NCBI GenBank assembly: GCA_963555755.3
Contig: OY820905.2
Location: forward strand, 3,456,001-3,520,000
Length of the DNA stretch: 64,000 nt
Reading direction: 5' to 3'
Origin: Nitrospirales bacterium
GTDB taxonomy: Bacteria; Nitrospirota; Nitrospiria; Nitrospirales; UBA8639
The position numbers and the translations under genes are program-made. Shown here one piece after another: positions 28,565 to 38,627 of this stretch. The stretch's first letter is position 1. Each line of letters begins with the position of its first letter. The notes beneath the pieces were generated by a model. It searched no databases. It was given only the letters and a program-made list of their open reading frames with translations, and was not told the origin of the DNA.

Positions 28565-28699
28565 AGGGCTTCCTTGATTGTCTTTTGAATCGGGAGAGTA
28601 GATTATTTCTTAACTTGTATTGCCTCAATTTTCAAGGGCGAAAGATGTTCGGCTAAAGCGGCCTCCAAGAGTCGATTGTCAGCTGCGGCAAATTGCATG

Positions 28700-29230
28700 G
28701 GCAGATGGTCCAACCCCTACGAAGAGATTTCTCCTTCCACTCGAAATGACAGAGGGGAACTTCTGATAACTCATCGCGAACAAGCTTGCAACTTAGCCCC
28801 GCCCCGCCTGTTGTCATGTTGCCCCTCCTGTTGTCATTTCGACCCTTGGGAGAAATCTCGCCGTTCCTCCCACGCGTGGGCAGACGGGCCAACCCCTACA
28901 AAGAGATTTCTCCTTCCACTCGAAATGACAGAATGGGATTCCTGCTTGGTCAGCTCGAACAAGCTTGCAACTTAGCACCGCCCCGCCTGTTGTCATGTTG
29001 CCCCTCCTGTTGTCATTTCGACCCTTGGGAGAAATCTCGCCGTTCCTCCCACGCGTGGGCAGACGGGCCTACCCCTACAAAGAGATTTCTCCTTCCACTC
29101 GAAATGACAGAATGGGATTCCTGCTTGGTCAGCTCGAACAAGCTTGCAACTTAGCACCGCCCCGCCTGTTGTCATGTTGCCCCTCCTGTTGTCATTTCGA
29201 CCCGTGGGAGAAATCTCACCGTTCCCACCA
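28700..29230. repeat. Tandem ~179-bp repeat (~3 copies) built from inverted REP-like palindromes
   Basis: Alternating GAGATTTCTCCTTCCACTCGAAATGACAG and TGTCATTTCGACCCTTGGGAGAAATCTC. Confidence 0.88.
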
Positions 29231-29284
29231 CGCTGAAGGAAACATTCCACCCCCTCGTTACGATCGCTAATCTTGGACCGGTTC

Positions 29285-30298
29285 CTAGGTCAGCGCCCCA
29301 CTACAGGAAGAACCAGCACCAGCAGTACAACCGAAGCAGTGTTGGGCCATAATGATCGGGCGATGCGCCAGGGATTGATGGTCAAACTCAGGAATCGTCT
29401 GAGGCATCCCGTCGGATAAGGAGATGTCCAACATTTGATGAAAATCGCAATCGTACAAACGCCCATCCCATCCTACACTCAATAACGTTCGGCACATCAC
29501 GGTTTCCGTGGAGGCAGGATTGAAGCTATTGATGAGTAAGGCCATGTATTCATCAAGTTGGCCGGTGGTTCTCAGGTCATCGAGAAACCGGCTAATCGGC
29601 ATGTTCGTGATCGTAAACAATTGATTAAACTCAATGCCAAACCTGGTGCGCAGCTCGTGCTTAAAGTCGATTTCCAATTCACTCTGGTCAGGAGGAAGCT
29701 TGGGCCCCAACGGGTTATACACCAAGTTCAAGATTAAGCCTGTTCCTTCCTTGCCATACCCCAACTGGTTGAGCTGTTGTAAAGCCGTCATGCTCCGCTC
29801 AAACACACCTTTCCCACGTTGTTGATCCACATTGTCCTCTGAGTAGCAGGGCAAGGAGGCCACAATTTCGACTTGATGCTCGGCTAAAAATTGTGGAATG
29901 TGTGACTTCCCTTTCACAAAAAACACGGTGAGGTTGCAACGATCGATCACCTTGCGTCCCAGAGCCCGACATTCAGCCACCAAGTATTCAAAGTGCGGAT
30001 TCATCTCAGGCGCACCCCCAGTGATATCAATTGTCGTAATGCCAGGATTCTGCCGGATCACGGCGAGGACGACTTCAATGGTTTCGCGAGTCATGTTTTC
30101 CGTTCGAGTGGGCCCCGCGTCTACATGACAATGCGAACACGTCTGGTTGCACAACTTTCCAATATTAACCTGGAGCGTATGAATGCCCTTTGCTTCTAAC
30201 GGCTGAATTCCATGGTCCGCCAATGTTTGGCGGAACGACATGTGAGTATTGGCAAGGGTGGAGATTGGGGTGTCGGAAAGAGTCTGAAGAGTTTTCAT
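29285..30298 (-). CDS. arsS: Radical SAM protein, ArsS/DUF3641 family
   Basis: CNQTCSHC, DITGGAPE, YDCDF, HCFGCTAGAGSSC. Confidence 0.85.
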   Translation of the reverse strand: MKTLQTLSDTPISTLANTHMSFRQTLADHGIQPLEAKGIHTLQVNIGKLCNQTCSHCHVDAGPTRTENMTRETIEVVLAVIRQNPGITTIDITGGAPEMNPHFEYLVAECRALGRKVIDRCNLTVFFVKGKSHIPQFLAEHQVEIVASLPCYSEDNVDQQRGKGVFERSMTALQQLNQLGYGKEGTGLILNLVYNPLGPKLPPDQSELEIDFKHELRTRFGIEFNQLFTITNMPISRFLDDLRTTGQLDEYMALLINSFNPASTETVMCRTLLSVGWDGRLYDCDFHQMLDISLSDGMPQTIPEFDHQSLAHRPIIMAQHCFGCTAGAGSSCSGALT

Positions 30299-30356
30299 GA
30301 ATGAGGTATCCGAGTATGAATTCCCATCACTATGATACCTGGCCTCATAGTTGAGA

Positions 30357-31541
30357 TTAACAACATCCGCCCGTTGGCTCGCAAATGACGGCGTCATGTT
30401 CCCCAGGTTGGGTCGCACGATTGATCACCCCAAAATAAGGCCGATAGGCATCATGTTGGAGAACACGATGCGTTTTGGAACAAATCTCCTCGGGAACGCC
30501 GCATCGAAACGTATGGTCATCATCATCCTGTGCTTCGAGAAACGGGCCGGTAAGCATCGCGAAGTGACCATCCCACACACACGTGATGTCTTCCGGAAGG
30601 ACTTCCGTCCATTGCGCATCGGAACGCGTGAATCCCATAGCTGTTTCAGACAATACGAACAACCCCTGGTAGAAGGGCGATTCTAGGAGTGCGGCGGTTT
30701 CCCTATCGATCGGTTCGGGAATCCCCCGCTTAAAGGCATGGCCCAGTTCATCCGTCACTTGGCTAAAAGGCCCTTTCAATGTCGCAAAGGCACTGGTCGT
30801 GGCTGGAGGATTGGTGAGCTTATAGCCTGTCAGGGTAATCGAGAGGAAATGAATCCCGTCGATCACACGCCAAGGAATGAGGTTCACCTGATGAATGCCC
30901 AAAAATCCTGCTGCGCGAAGCCCATTCCAATATTCATGGAGCGGCAGGGCGCCTGACAGACAGTCCCCCCATTTCTCTTTGTCGTGAATCATGTAGTTGG
31001 GAACGTTTTGATCCGCAACAATATCCGAAATCGAAAACCGACCTCCTCGACGGAGAATGCGAAACATCTCTTGGAAGACCTTGGGCTTATCCGGAGATAA
31101 ATTGATGACGCAGTTGGAGACAATCAAATCCACGTCTTCATTTTTAACAGGCATGGCTTCAGCTTGCCCTTTTCGAAAATCGACATTCGTTTCCGAATAG
31201 CCGAGATTTGTCGCGACGGTCGGAGCATGGGTTCGAGCAAAGGCCAGCATTTCCTCTGTCATGTCGATGCCGATGACTCGTCCCGTTGGCCCGACTCGAC
31301 GCGAGGCTTCGAAGCAATCAATCCCGCCACCCGATCCAATATCCAAGACGGTTTCCCCAGGCTGGACCGTGGTCAACCCCACGGGCGTCCCACAGCCATA
31401 GGACACCTTCAGGACAGGTTCCGGGATGAATGTGCGCAAGTCCTCATGGTCATAGCCTGTCGGACAACACATTTCTTCCCCATTGGTCACTGCCCGGGCA
31501 TACCGTTCACTCACAGCTTGGGTAATCACATCGGATTCCAT
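30357..31541 (-). CDS. ArsM-like SAM-dependent methyltransferase
   Basis: SYGCG, LDIGSGGG, SNCVINL, CLSGAL, C-terminal CC. Confidence 0.82.
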   Translation of the reverse strand: MESDVITQAVSERYARAVTNGEEMCCPTGYDHEDLRTFIPEPVLKVSYGCGTPVGLTTVQPGETVLDIGSGGGIDCFEASRRVGPTGRVIGIDMTEEMLAFARTHAPTVATNLGYSETNVDFRKGQAEAMPVKNEDVDLIVSNCVINLSPDKPKVFQEMFRILRRGGRFSISDIVADQNVPNYMIHDKEKWGDCLSGALPLHEYWNGLRAAGFLGIHQVNLIPWRVIDGIHFLSITLTGYKLTNPPATTSAFATLKGPFSQVTDELGHAFKRGIPEPIDRETAALLESPFYQGLFVLSETAMGFTRSDAQWTEVLPEDITCVWDGHFAMLTGPFLEAQDDDDHTFRCGVPEEICSKTHRVLQHDAYRPYFGVINRATQPGEHDAVICEPTGGCC

Positions 31542-31715
31542 AAATACTCCTATTCAATTATTCGAGACATACCTGATTATTTGGGTATAAACAAAGTGAC
31601 TTCGCTTCGTCAATTTCGTTTCAGAAACGATGTATCTCAAGATGATACCTGAAAAGACGATTGTTGTCTTTTAGCCAACTCACAAATACGCGGCTTGGAG
31701 AAGTAAATCCTCAAT

Positions 31716-31905
31716 GGGGCTGTTGAATAATTCGCGTCAATATCCAATAAATGCTCCAGATGAGCCCCACATCGTCAGTGGGTGGGAATGTTCAAAAAAG
31801 TCCGTCCAGCAAGGCCGCAGCCCTTTTGACGCGCGGAGCGTACTCATAGTACGTGAGCACGGCAAAAGGGCGAGAACGCCGCTGGCGGCTTTTTTCAACA
31901 TTCCC
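31716..31905 (+). mobile_element. MITE family D, long form
   Basis: GGGGCTGTTGAA...TTCAACATTCCC, flanked by a 5-bp TCAAT duplication. Confidence 0.8.
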
Positions 31906-31986
31906 TCAATGGAAATACAGTCGCGGTTCGTAAGGTTTCATGACAGCCATTTGGATGGAAAGCTCGAAACGTCCTTTAAACCTGCT

Positions 31987-32751
31987 TTACGATGGTGCGC
32001 GAGTGGAAAGATTTCGTGCAGCTTCTTGATCGAGGAACCAAGTCAATTGGCCGAAAATCGGACGTATAGCCTGGGATGGCAACATTTCCGGCTGAAACGG
32101 ACCTTCCATCACCTCTCGCAACACCTCGGCCTTTCCCACACCGGTGATCAAAAAGGTGACCTGCCGGGCCTGATTGATAATAGGAGGGGTCAAGGTGATT
32201 CGAAAGGTTTGAAATTTTTCCACCCAAGGAGCCGCGACGAACCGAGCCGATTCGTGAACGGCATCAGTGCCGGGAAACAAAGAGGCCGTATGCCCATCGG
32301 GACCCATTCCTAATAAAACCAAATCGATACAAGGAATGGGGGAATCGGAAGACCCTAACCGATCCCGAAGCCGGTCTTCATACTGATCTGCGGCTGCTTG
32401 GGCTTGTGGCAATTCGCCGTGTATCCGATGAATCTGTTTTTCAGAAATCGCGAGAGGCGAAAGCATGGCTTCATGCGCCATTCGATAATTGCTTTCCGCA
32501 TGGTCAGGTGGCACGTGCCGTTCATCGCCCCAGAAAAATTCAATCTTTCCCCAATCGATGCGGGTTCGGTACTCGGGGTTGGCGAGCAGTGCATATAAAC
32601 TCTTCGGGGTCGAACCTCCGCCCAGGGCAATCGTGAACCTCCCCCGAGTACTAATGGCAAGGGAAGCCTGCTGGATCACGTGTTCAGCGGCTGCATGCGT
32701 AAAGCTTGGCGTGTCCGGAAACACACGAATTTCGGATCTTGCAGAAGTCAT
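31987..32751 (-). CDS. pgl: 6-phosphogluconolactonase
   Basis: GGSTP, GDERHVP, LGMGPDGHTASLFP, RITLT. Confidence 0.93.
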   Translation of the reverse strand: MTSARSEIRVFPDTPSFTHAAAEHVIQQASLAISTRGRFTIALGGGSTPKSLYALLANPEYRTRIDWGKIEFFWGDERHVPPDHAESNYRMAHEAMLSPLAISEKQIHRIHGELPQAQAAADQYEDRLRDRLGSSDSPIPCIDLVLLGMGPDGHTASLFPGTDAVHESARFVAAPWVEKFQTFRITLTPPIINQARQVTFLITGVGKAEVLREVMEGPFQPEMLPSQAIRPIFGQLTWFLDQEAARNLSTRAPS

Positions 32752-32789
32752 GGGTATGGGAATAAAGATCAAGAACCACGAGAAGAAAC

Positions 32790-33101
32790 CTAGCAACCCG
32801 AATATTTCGAATCTTCTAGTTTTCCTTCTTTATCAAAATCCAGACTGATTTGGCATTCGTTGGGCTCGTAATTAAAAAAAGGAAACGTCGTTTTTCCACC
32901 AGCCATGCGGAAGTAGCTCCAGGTTTCCCCACCAAAAAACCGTTGGGCTTTGGCGCTGGGCTTGCCCCAATTTTCTTCGAACCACGATTGGGGTTTGCCC
33001 TGAAGTTCTGCGGGATCCAACGAAGCGTCCAAGTAAGGATTCCCTCCGCATCCTGCCAAAAGTAAGACAGCACTGATAAGAACAATTTGAGGGATTGACA
33101 T
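32790..33101 (-). CDS. Small lipoprotein (BamE/SmpA-like fold possible)
   Basis: LAGC lipobox; WG.P and W.Y pattern. Confidence 0.7.
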   Translation of the reverse strand: MSIPQIVLISAVLLLAGCGGNPYLDASLDPAELQGKPQSWFEENWGKPSAKAQRFFGGETWSYFRMAGGKTTFPFFNYEPNECQISLDFDKEGKLEDSKYSGC

Positions 33102-33267
33102 GAGGGCCCCCTTTTGAAAATTGGTCGGGTAAAAACCCAAATCCGGAATTAATTAAATCTCTTGAAAAATTCTAACCCTGGCCTCCACCGCAGTCAAATC
33201 GACCGGGCGAAGGACAGGCCTTACCGAAGCAAGGCCCGTTGTTTCTTCACGCTTCACGCATTACTCA

Positions 33268-33951
33268 TCACCCTTCTACCAATTTTCGCGCGTGTTGAAA
33301 CACGCCATGAAACATGGGGCGGGTAAGCCTCCCAGTGAAGGTATTTTGTTGGCTTGGATGATATGATCCTAGGAGGGTCACCCCCCACGGGGCTGGATAC
33401 ACAGACCCATGTCCAAACTTCGGTAAGGGCTTGCTCAATGAATGCCCTAATGCCCTGCACGACTTCAAATACTCATCAAACGCAATTTTCCCCAAGACAA
33501 CCACGACCGTCATATTTTTCAACAGTCGAAGTTCATCCAGCAAATAGGGACGACAGGTATTAAACTCTTCTTTGGTCGGCTTATTGTCTGGCGGCGCACA
33601 ACGCACCGCCGCGGCCACATAACAGTCGTGCAATTTCAGCCCATCGCCCCGATGTGTTGCTTCCGCTTGGTTGGCGAATCCAAATTGAAATAATGCATCA
33701 TAAAGCCAATCCCCACTGCGATCCCCGGTAAACACCCGTCCTGTGCGATTTCCACCATGAGCGGCAGGAGCCAATCCCAGAACATAGAGTCGGGCCTTGG
33801 GATCACCAAACCCTGAGATCGGTCGTCCCCAATATTCCCACTCCTGAAACCGTTTGACTTTGGTTTGCGCGATTCCTCGCCGGTAAGTGTTTAATCGAGG
33901 ACAAAGAGTGCAATCTGCAATCGTCTGGTGTAAAACCTTGAGGGCTCGCAT
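33268..33951 (-). CDS. Uracil-DNA glycosylase, family 5 (UdgB-like)
   Basis: GLAPAAHGGNRTGR.FTGD, RCAPPDNKP, YHPSQQNT. Confidence 0.92.
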   Translation of the reverse strand: MRALKVLHQTIADCTLCPRLNTYRRGIAQTKVKRFQEWEYWGRPISGFGDPKARLYVLGLAPAAHGGNRTGRVFTGDRSGDWLYDALFQFGFANQAEATHRGDGLKLHDCYVAAAVRCAPPDNKPTKEEFNTCRPYLLDELRLLKNMTVVVVLGKIAFDEYLKSCRALGHSLSKPLPKFGHGSVYPAPWGVTLLGSYHPSQQNTFTGRLTRPMFHGVFQHARKLVEG

Positions 33952-33974
33952 GGATTAGATCGTAGCATAGCTTA

Positions 33975-34131
33975 GGGTTCGCGCAAGACTAACTTTCCTT
34001 GTTTGGGTGCTGAGACACCTGTCTGGCAAGGCGCGAGGACTGCGCATACTCATCGTATGGAAAGGACGAGCAACGCCGCCAAACGGGATGGATCGACGCC
34101 CAAACAGGGGAAGTTATTCTTGCGCAAGCCC
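33975..34131. mobile_element. MITE family B, copy 3
   Basis: Family B terminal repeats, TTA duplication. Confidence 0.85.
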
Positions 34132-34179
34132 TTAATCCTGCGAGAACACTGGCAAAGTTCTGTTCGAGATGTCGCCAAA

Positions 34180-34321
34180 CTCGAAATACGAATGTCGAAA
34201 TACGAAACAAATTTGAAGTGCAAAACTCGAATACTGCAAACAGAGAATTCCCAATTTTCCACGGTTTTTTATTTGGTCCTTGAGATTTGTTTCGGATTTC
34301 GATATTCGAGTTTCGGATTTA
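34180..34321. repeat. Inverted pair of 7-nt periodic repeats
   Basis: CGAAATA-CGAATGT-CGAAATA-CGAAACA ... TTTCGGA-TTTCGAT-ATTCGAG-TTTCGGA. Confidence 0.65.
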
Positions 34322-34378
34322 TCCACGAATTTCTGGGCAGAAACATAGCTTTCCCATGGTAAGGACAGACAAACTCCG

Positions 34379-35734
34379 ATGGCGACAAACATGAAGATCA
34401 ACATCAATTTCCACAACCGAAAAGTTCGGACAATCCTGAAACAATTGCTCCAAGAGGGACTTCACGCGGCAGATCCGATTCTTGCCATGAAGAAAGCCTT
34501 GTCCGTTGAGGGATCAATGCTTCGAGTGGGGCGTCGCCAATACGACCTTAAAAAGTTTGACCGGATCGTGTGTGTGGGCGCGGGGAAGGCATCCGGCATG
34601 ATGGCCATGGCGCTGGAACAACGATTAGGGTCTCGCCTATCCGGAGGCCTTGTCGCGGTCAAAGATCACTCCGGATACAAGACGAAGTATATTCGGGTCG
34701 TTGAAACACGTCACCCCATTCCTGATGGACGAAGTGTCCGAGCAGCCAAGGAAATCTTCACTCTTGCTCAATCGCTGACCCGTCGGGATTTGCTGGTCGT
34801 TCTGATTTCCGGTGGAGCATCGAGTCTTCTCGCAGTTCCAGCATCGGGGTTGACCTTAACGGACAAGAAACACACGACAACCGAGTTGCTTTGCAGCGGA
34901 GCCACTATTCAAGAAATCAATACGGTTCGGAAGCATCTTTCCGCGATCAAAGGGGGGCGACTCGCAGCGGCTACCTCCGCCACAATCGTATCTCTCGTCC
35001 TATCTGATGTGCTGGGCGACGATCTGGCGACCATCGGTTCCGGACCAACTGCTCCTGATCCAACGACATTTCAGGATGCCCGAGGCATCCTGAAAAAATT
35101 TCAGCTTTGGCCGCGGGTATCCACGGCCGTGCGAGTTCATCTTGAGAAAGGCATCGATGGGCACATTGCCGACACGCCAAAAACCCAGGCAGCCGAGTTC
35201 TCCAGGGTCCACCATGCCATCATTGGAAATAATCGACTGGCGGTAGACGCCATTGTCAAACAGGCTAAAGATTTAGGTCTTCATCCCTTAGTGCTCACCA
35301 CCACCCTTGAAGGCGAAGCGCGAGAAATTGGCAAAATGATTGGTGCCATGGCCAAGAAAATTCAGGCTTCCGGGCAACCCGTGCAAAGACCGGCCTGTCT
35401 GGTATGGGGAGGCGAGCCAACCGTGACTGTGAAGGGAAAGGGGAAAGGAGGCCGAGCCCAAGAATTGGTATTATCAGCCGCGATTCAGGTTGCTGGACTC
35501 CCGAACATGTATGTGGCAGGGTTCGGAACGGATGGCAACGATGGCCAAACAAACGTGGCCGGGGCAATCGTCGATGGCCTCACGGTTGAAAGAGGCATAA
35601 AACAACACGTCGATCCTTGGGAAGCGCTCAACCGCAACGACAGCTATAGCTTCTTTAAGAAGATCGGCGGCCATATTCACACAGGCACAACCGGGACCAA
35701 CGTGAATGACGTGTATGTTCTGCTTGCGTTGTAA
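34379..35734 (+). CDS. Glycerate 2-kinase / MOFRL-family protein
   Basis: GAGKA, ISGGASSL, RKHLSAIKGG, GGEPTV, TGTNVND. Confidence 0.9.
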   Translation: MATNMKININFHNRKVRTILKQLLQEGLHAADPILAMKKALSVEGSMLRVGRRQYDLKKFDRIVCVGAGKASGMMAMALEQRLGSRLSGGLVAVKDHSGYKTKYIRVVETRHPIPDGRSVRAAKEIFTLAQSLTRRDLLVVLISGGASSLLAVPASGLTLTDKKHTTTELLCSGATIQEINTVRKHLSAIKGGRLAAATSATIVSLVLSDVLGDDLATIGSGPTAPDPTTFQDARGILKKFQLWPRVSTAVRVHLEKGIDGHIADTPKTQAAEFSRVHHAIIGNNRLAVDAIVKQAKDLGLHPLVLTTTLEGEAREIGKMIGAMAKKIQASGQPVQRPACLVWGGEPTVTVKGKGKGGRAQELVLSAAIQVAGLPNMYVAGFGTDGNDGQTNVAGAIVDGLTVERGIKQHVDPWEALNRNDSYSFFKKIGGHIHTGTTGTNVNDVYVLLAL

Positions 35735-35755
35735 AATATTGGAAGTTTACAAAAT

Positions 35756-36127
35756 GGGACCGTTGAGTAATTGAAAAGTTTTCATAATGCCGTTCACATG
35801 TGACTCATCTTATGAAACGCCAAGAGCAACAGGGGATGTTCAAAAAGGTGCGCTCAGCCAGATGGTCTCCAGGCTTCCCATCTGGCTTTCCCAGGGGCTC
35901 CGCCCCTAGGACGGCCCGAACAGCAGGGCCTATGACCCCTCGAAGGGGGAACACCCCCTTCGAGCATCCCCCACACCGAGTGATACTAAACACCCGGTGT
36001 GTAAGGCCGCAGGCCCTTTGACGCGCGGAGCGTACTCATAGTACGTGAGCACGACAAAGGGCCGAGAAGGTCGCTGGCTTGTCTGCCGTAGCCTTGGCGA
36101 AGGCTGACGCCCTTTTTCAACATTCCC
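35756..36127 (+). mobile_element. MITE family D, long form with nested inserts
   Basis: Family D ends and core, with ~145 bp extra at ~35858-36002. Confidence 0.7.
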
Positions 36128-36157
36128 CAAAAACAGGGAACGAGGGAGGAGAACAAC

Positions 36158-36541
36158 GTGTACGAAGCACAACAGATGGTTCTCGAATTTCACAAAGAAT
36201 TTAACATTCATGTGGCGAACGTACCCACCGTGCCTGATGGGAAAACCCACGCCTTGCGTGTTCGGCTGATTCAAGAAGAGTTTGACGAACTGAAAGAAGC
36301 GTTGGAAGCAAAGGACTTACCCAACATCGCGAAGGAACTCGCCGATCTCTTGTACGTGGTCTACGGCACAGCGATGTCTTATGGCATTGATATGGAGCCG
36401 GTGTTCCAAGAAGTCCAGCGGTCCAACATGAGCAAAGTCGGCGGCTACAAACGTGAAGATGGTAAATGGGTCAAACCCGCCACGTACTCACCGGCAGACA
36501 TTGCTCCTATTCTGGCATCCCAGACAATGAAAGATATGTGA
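36158..36541 (+). CDS. MazG-like/PRA-PH nucleotide pyrophosphohydrolase
   Basis: LIQEEFDEL, KELADLLYV, SNMSK, DGK..K. Confidence 0.85.
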   Translation: MYEAQQMVLEFHKEFNIHVANVPTVPDGKTHALRVRLIQEEFDELKEALEAKDLPNIAKELADLLYVVYGTAMSYGIDMEPVFQEVQRSNMSKVGGYKREDGKWVKPATYSPADIAPILASQTMKDM

Positions 36542-36604
36542 GATGAGACCACGACTTTTTTTGGCTCTTCTCCAAATCGTGTGGGTAACTTCTGGGGTTT
36601 TTCA

Positions 36605-36778
36605 CTCCCCTCCTTTGTAAGGAGGGGTAGGGGAGGTAGAGGGCCACGACAGCCGCTCAGGTCGCTCTTGGAGCACCCCATCCAGATTCGTGACCACGTT
36701 AGCAGCCTGCTGTCGAATTTCAGCATGGCTGCAGCTCGTTCCTTGCTACGGGCTCAGCCTCCCCTTACAAAGGGGAGG
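36605..36778. repeat. Inverted REP-like pair
   Basis: CTCCCCTCCTTTGTAAGGAGGGG ... CCTCCCCTTACAAAGGGGAGG. Confidence 0.7.
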
Positions 36779-37012
36779 GATGATCAGGGTGAAGCCTCAA
36801 GAAAGCCTGGCCACTTTTCCCACGGTCGAAAAACCCACCAACCTCTTCTCCAGCAAGCCTTTCAGGAAATTACTCGCCCAAATTTACCCACTCACTTGGG
36901 AGTAGACCCTTATTTTATGGTAAAACTCTTGAGGCTGGTTCTAAAAACCCTCGAACTTTAATACCGGGAGGTATAGGAATCTCGGATATCCTCGAAACAA
37001 GAGAATAAACTG

Positions 37013-38398
37013 TTATTCCTGAGATTCCCGAACCAATTTCTTATAGATCATTTTTCGTCCTATAACAATAAGGAGGATCGATAACCCTAAGGTGATGGGG
37101 ACAAACACGCCAGAGGCGACTGACGCGCTCGAGATCCAGCCTATTTTTTCCAAGGCCTTGAACACGTAACTCCCGAGGCCGCTCAGATAATACGAAATAA
37201 CAATGACCGATAATCCCTCGACCGTGCGTTGGAGAATGGCTTGGCTCCGGGTGGTTTTATCCACGCTGCGCAAGAGTTGTAAGTTCTGATCCTGGAGTGC
37301 CAAATTTTGGTCTTGGAGTTGTAGCTCGACCTTGGTCCGGATCACCGCAATGGAGCCTTGGAAATCATTCACCAACGCATTGATTCGCTTGACTAGCTGC
37401 TGGTAACCATCGGCCACCCCAATGGTTTTCCCATCCACGTATTCGGATATCTGGCGGCAGCCTGGTACCGCTTGTTCTTGAAGCGAGACTAAGTTTGATC
37501 GAATGATACGGTCGTAGGGCACGGAGGCCGAGAGCCTAAATCGCATGGACTCCGCCAGACGACTGACTTTCATAAAATCTTGCGTGAGCACAGTGAGCCA
37601 GTGCTGGAGCTTTTCCGGCCTAGAGGCTTCTATCTCCGTGGTGATCAAACCGCGTTGGTAGAGATGGCGTTGTTCAAACTGATGCACTTGGTCGATGGAC
37701 TGGGCAAAAGCCTGAAGCGGGAGTAGGATCAGATGTGTATAATTTTCAATGGCCACGAGCGTATCGATGGTTCGAGCCAATTGATTGAGCAACACATCAA
37801 ACGACGGTGACATGACGAGATAGCGTTCGCGTTGATAGTCATCCGGGGTAAAGGTGGTCATCACGGAAATATCATGTCCGAAAATACGGCTGCCATAAAC
37901 CTGAGGGCCGGGCATGGTATTTTTAACTTCCTCAACCGTGAGGGTGGTGTGCGGCAAGACCAAGATGTCCAAGGCATTGACTTGAATTCCCAAGGGCGAC
38001 AAGGGCATCGCATAGTCAGGAAACATGAGCGGCCCGAATTCGAGTGGTTTTAATTTATCGTCAGGCATATGCCACACCTGATAACTGTAATATTCGGTGT
38101 GAGCCTCCCATGTGACTAACAATCGATCGCCATTCGAAGCCACTTTGGCCCCATGGCCAAACTTTTCATGAATGACAGTATGCTCTTCGGGGATACCAAG
38201 ACATTGGAGCAGTTGCTGAAACTCTTGCCGGCTTTGCGGCCGATCCATGGGTGGATTGGCCATCCGATGCGCGACGTGGTGGATATGCGCAGGCACATCA
38301 AACCATTCTTCCAAATATTTTTTGGCGGGTTCGTGAAGATGCCGGAGGAAACTGTGGGTGGATGCTGGTTGTTTTGGGCTCATGGTCTTTTGCTTCAC
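37013..38398 (-). CDS. DUF3422-like membrane-anchored protein
   Basis: WE.HTEY, IENY, LQRTVEGLSV..ISYY, C-terminal TM pair. Confidence 0.8.
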   Translation of the reverse strand: MKQKTMSPKQPASTHSFLRHLHEPAKKYLEEWFDVPAHIHHVAHRMANPPMDRPQSRQEFQQLLQCLGIPEEHTVIHEKFGHGAKVASNGDRLLVTWEAHTEYYSYQVWHMPDDKLKPLEFGPLMFPDYAMPLSPLGIQVNALDILVLPHTTLTVEEVKNTMPGPQVYGSRIFGHDISVMTTFTPDDYQRERYLVMSPSFDVLLNQLARTIDTLVAIENYTHLILLPLQAFAQSIDQVHQFEQRHLYQRGLITTEIEASRPEKLQHWLTVLTQDFMKVSRLAESMRFRLSASVPYDRIIRSNLVSLQEQAVPGCRQISEYVDGKTIGVADGYQQLVKRINALVNDFQGSIAVIRTKVELQLQDQNLALQDQNLQLLRSVDKTTRSQAILQRTVEGLSVIVISYYLSGLGSYVFKALEKIGWISSASVASGVFVPITLGLSILLIVIGRKMIYKKLVRESQE

Positions 38399-38627
38399 GG
38401 GATATCGCCAGTCATTTCCTTAGACACGTTCTACCCAATCCCTCCGAAGGGATCAAGGGGAAAAGGGTATGCCTGTTTTTGAGAGCATGGGAAATTAACC
38501 GTGCCTGAGGGGTTCATGGATGCCCCACGGGCCTTGACTGGTGAAATTAGTCTGACTAGAGTTCCATCTTTTCCATCAAAAACATATCTATTCTAATCGA
38601 GTCATCAAAAAAAAGGTATGCTAAATC

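Noticed and set aside
28700..29230. CRISPR array
   Set aside because: The spacer-like segments are identical between units, the period is ~179 bp, and no cas genes are present
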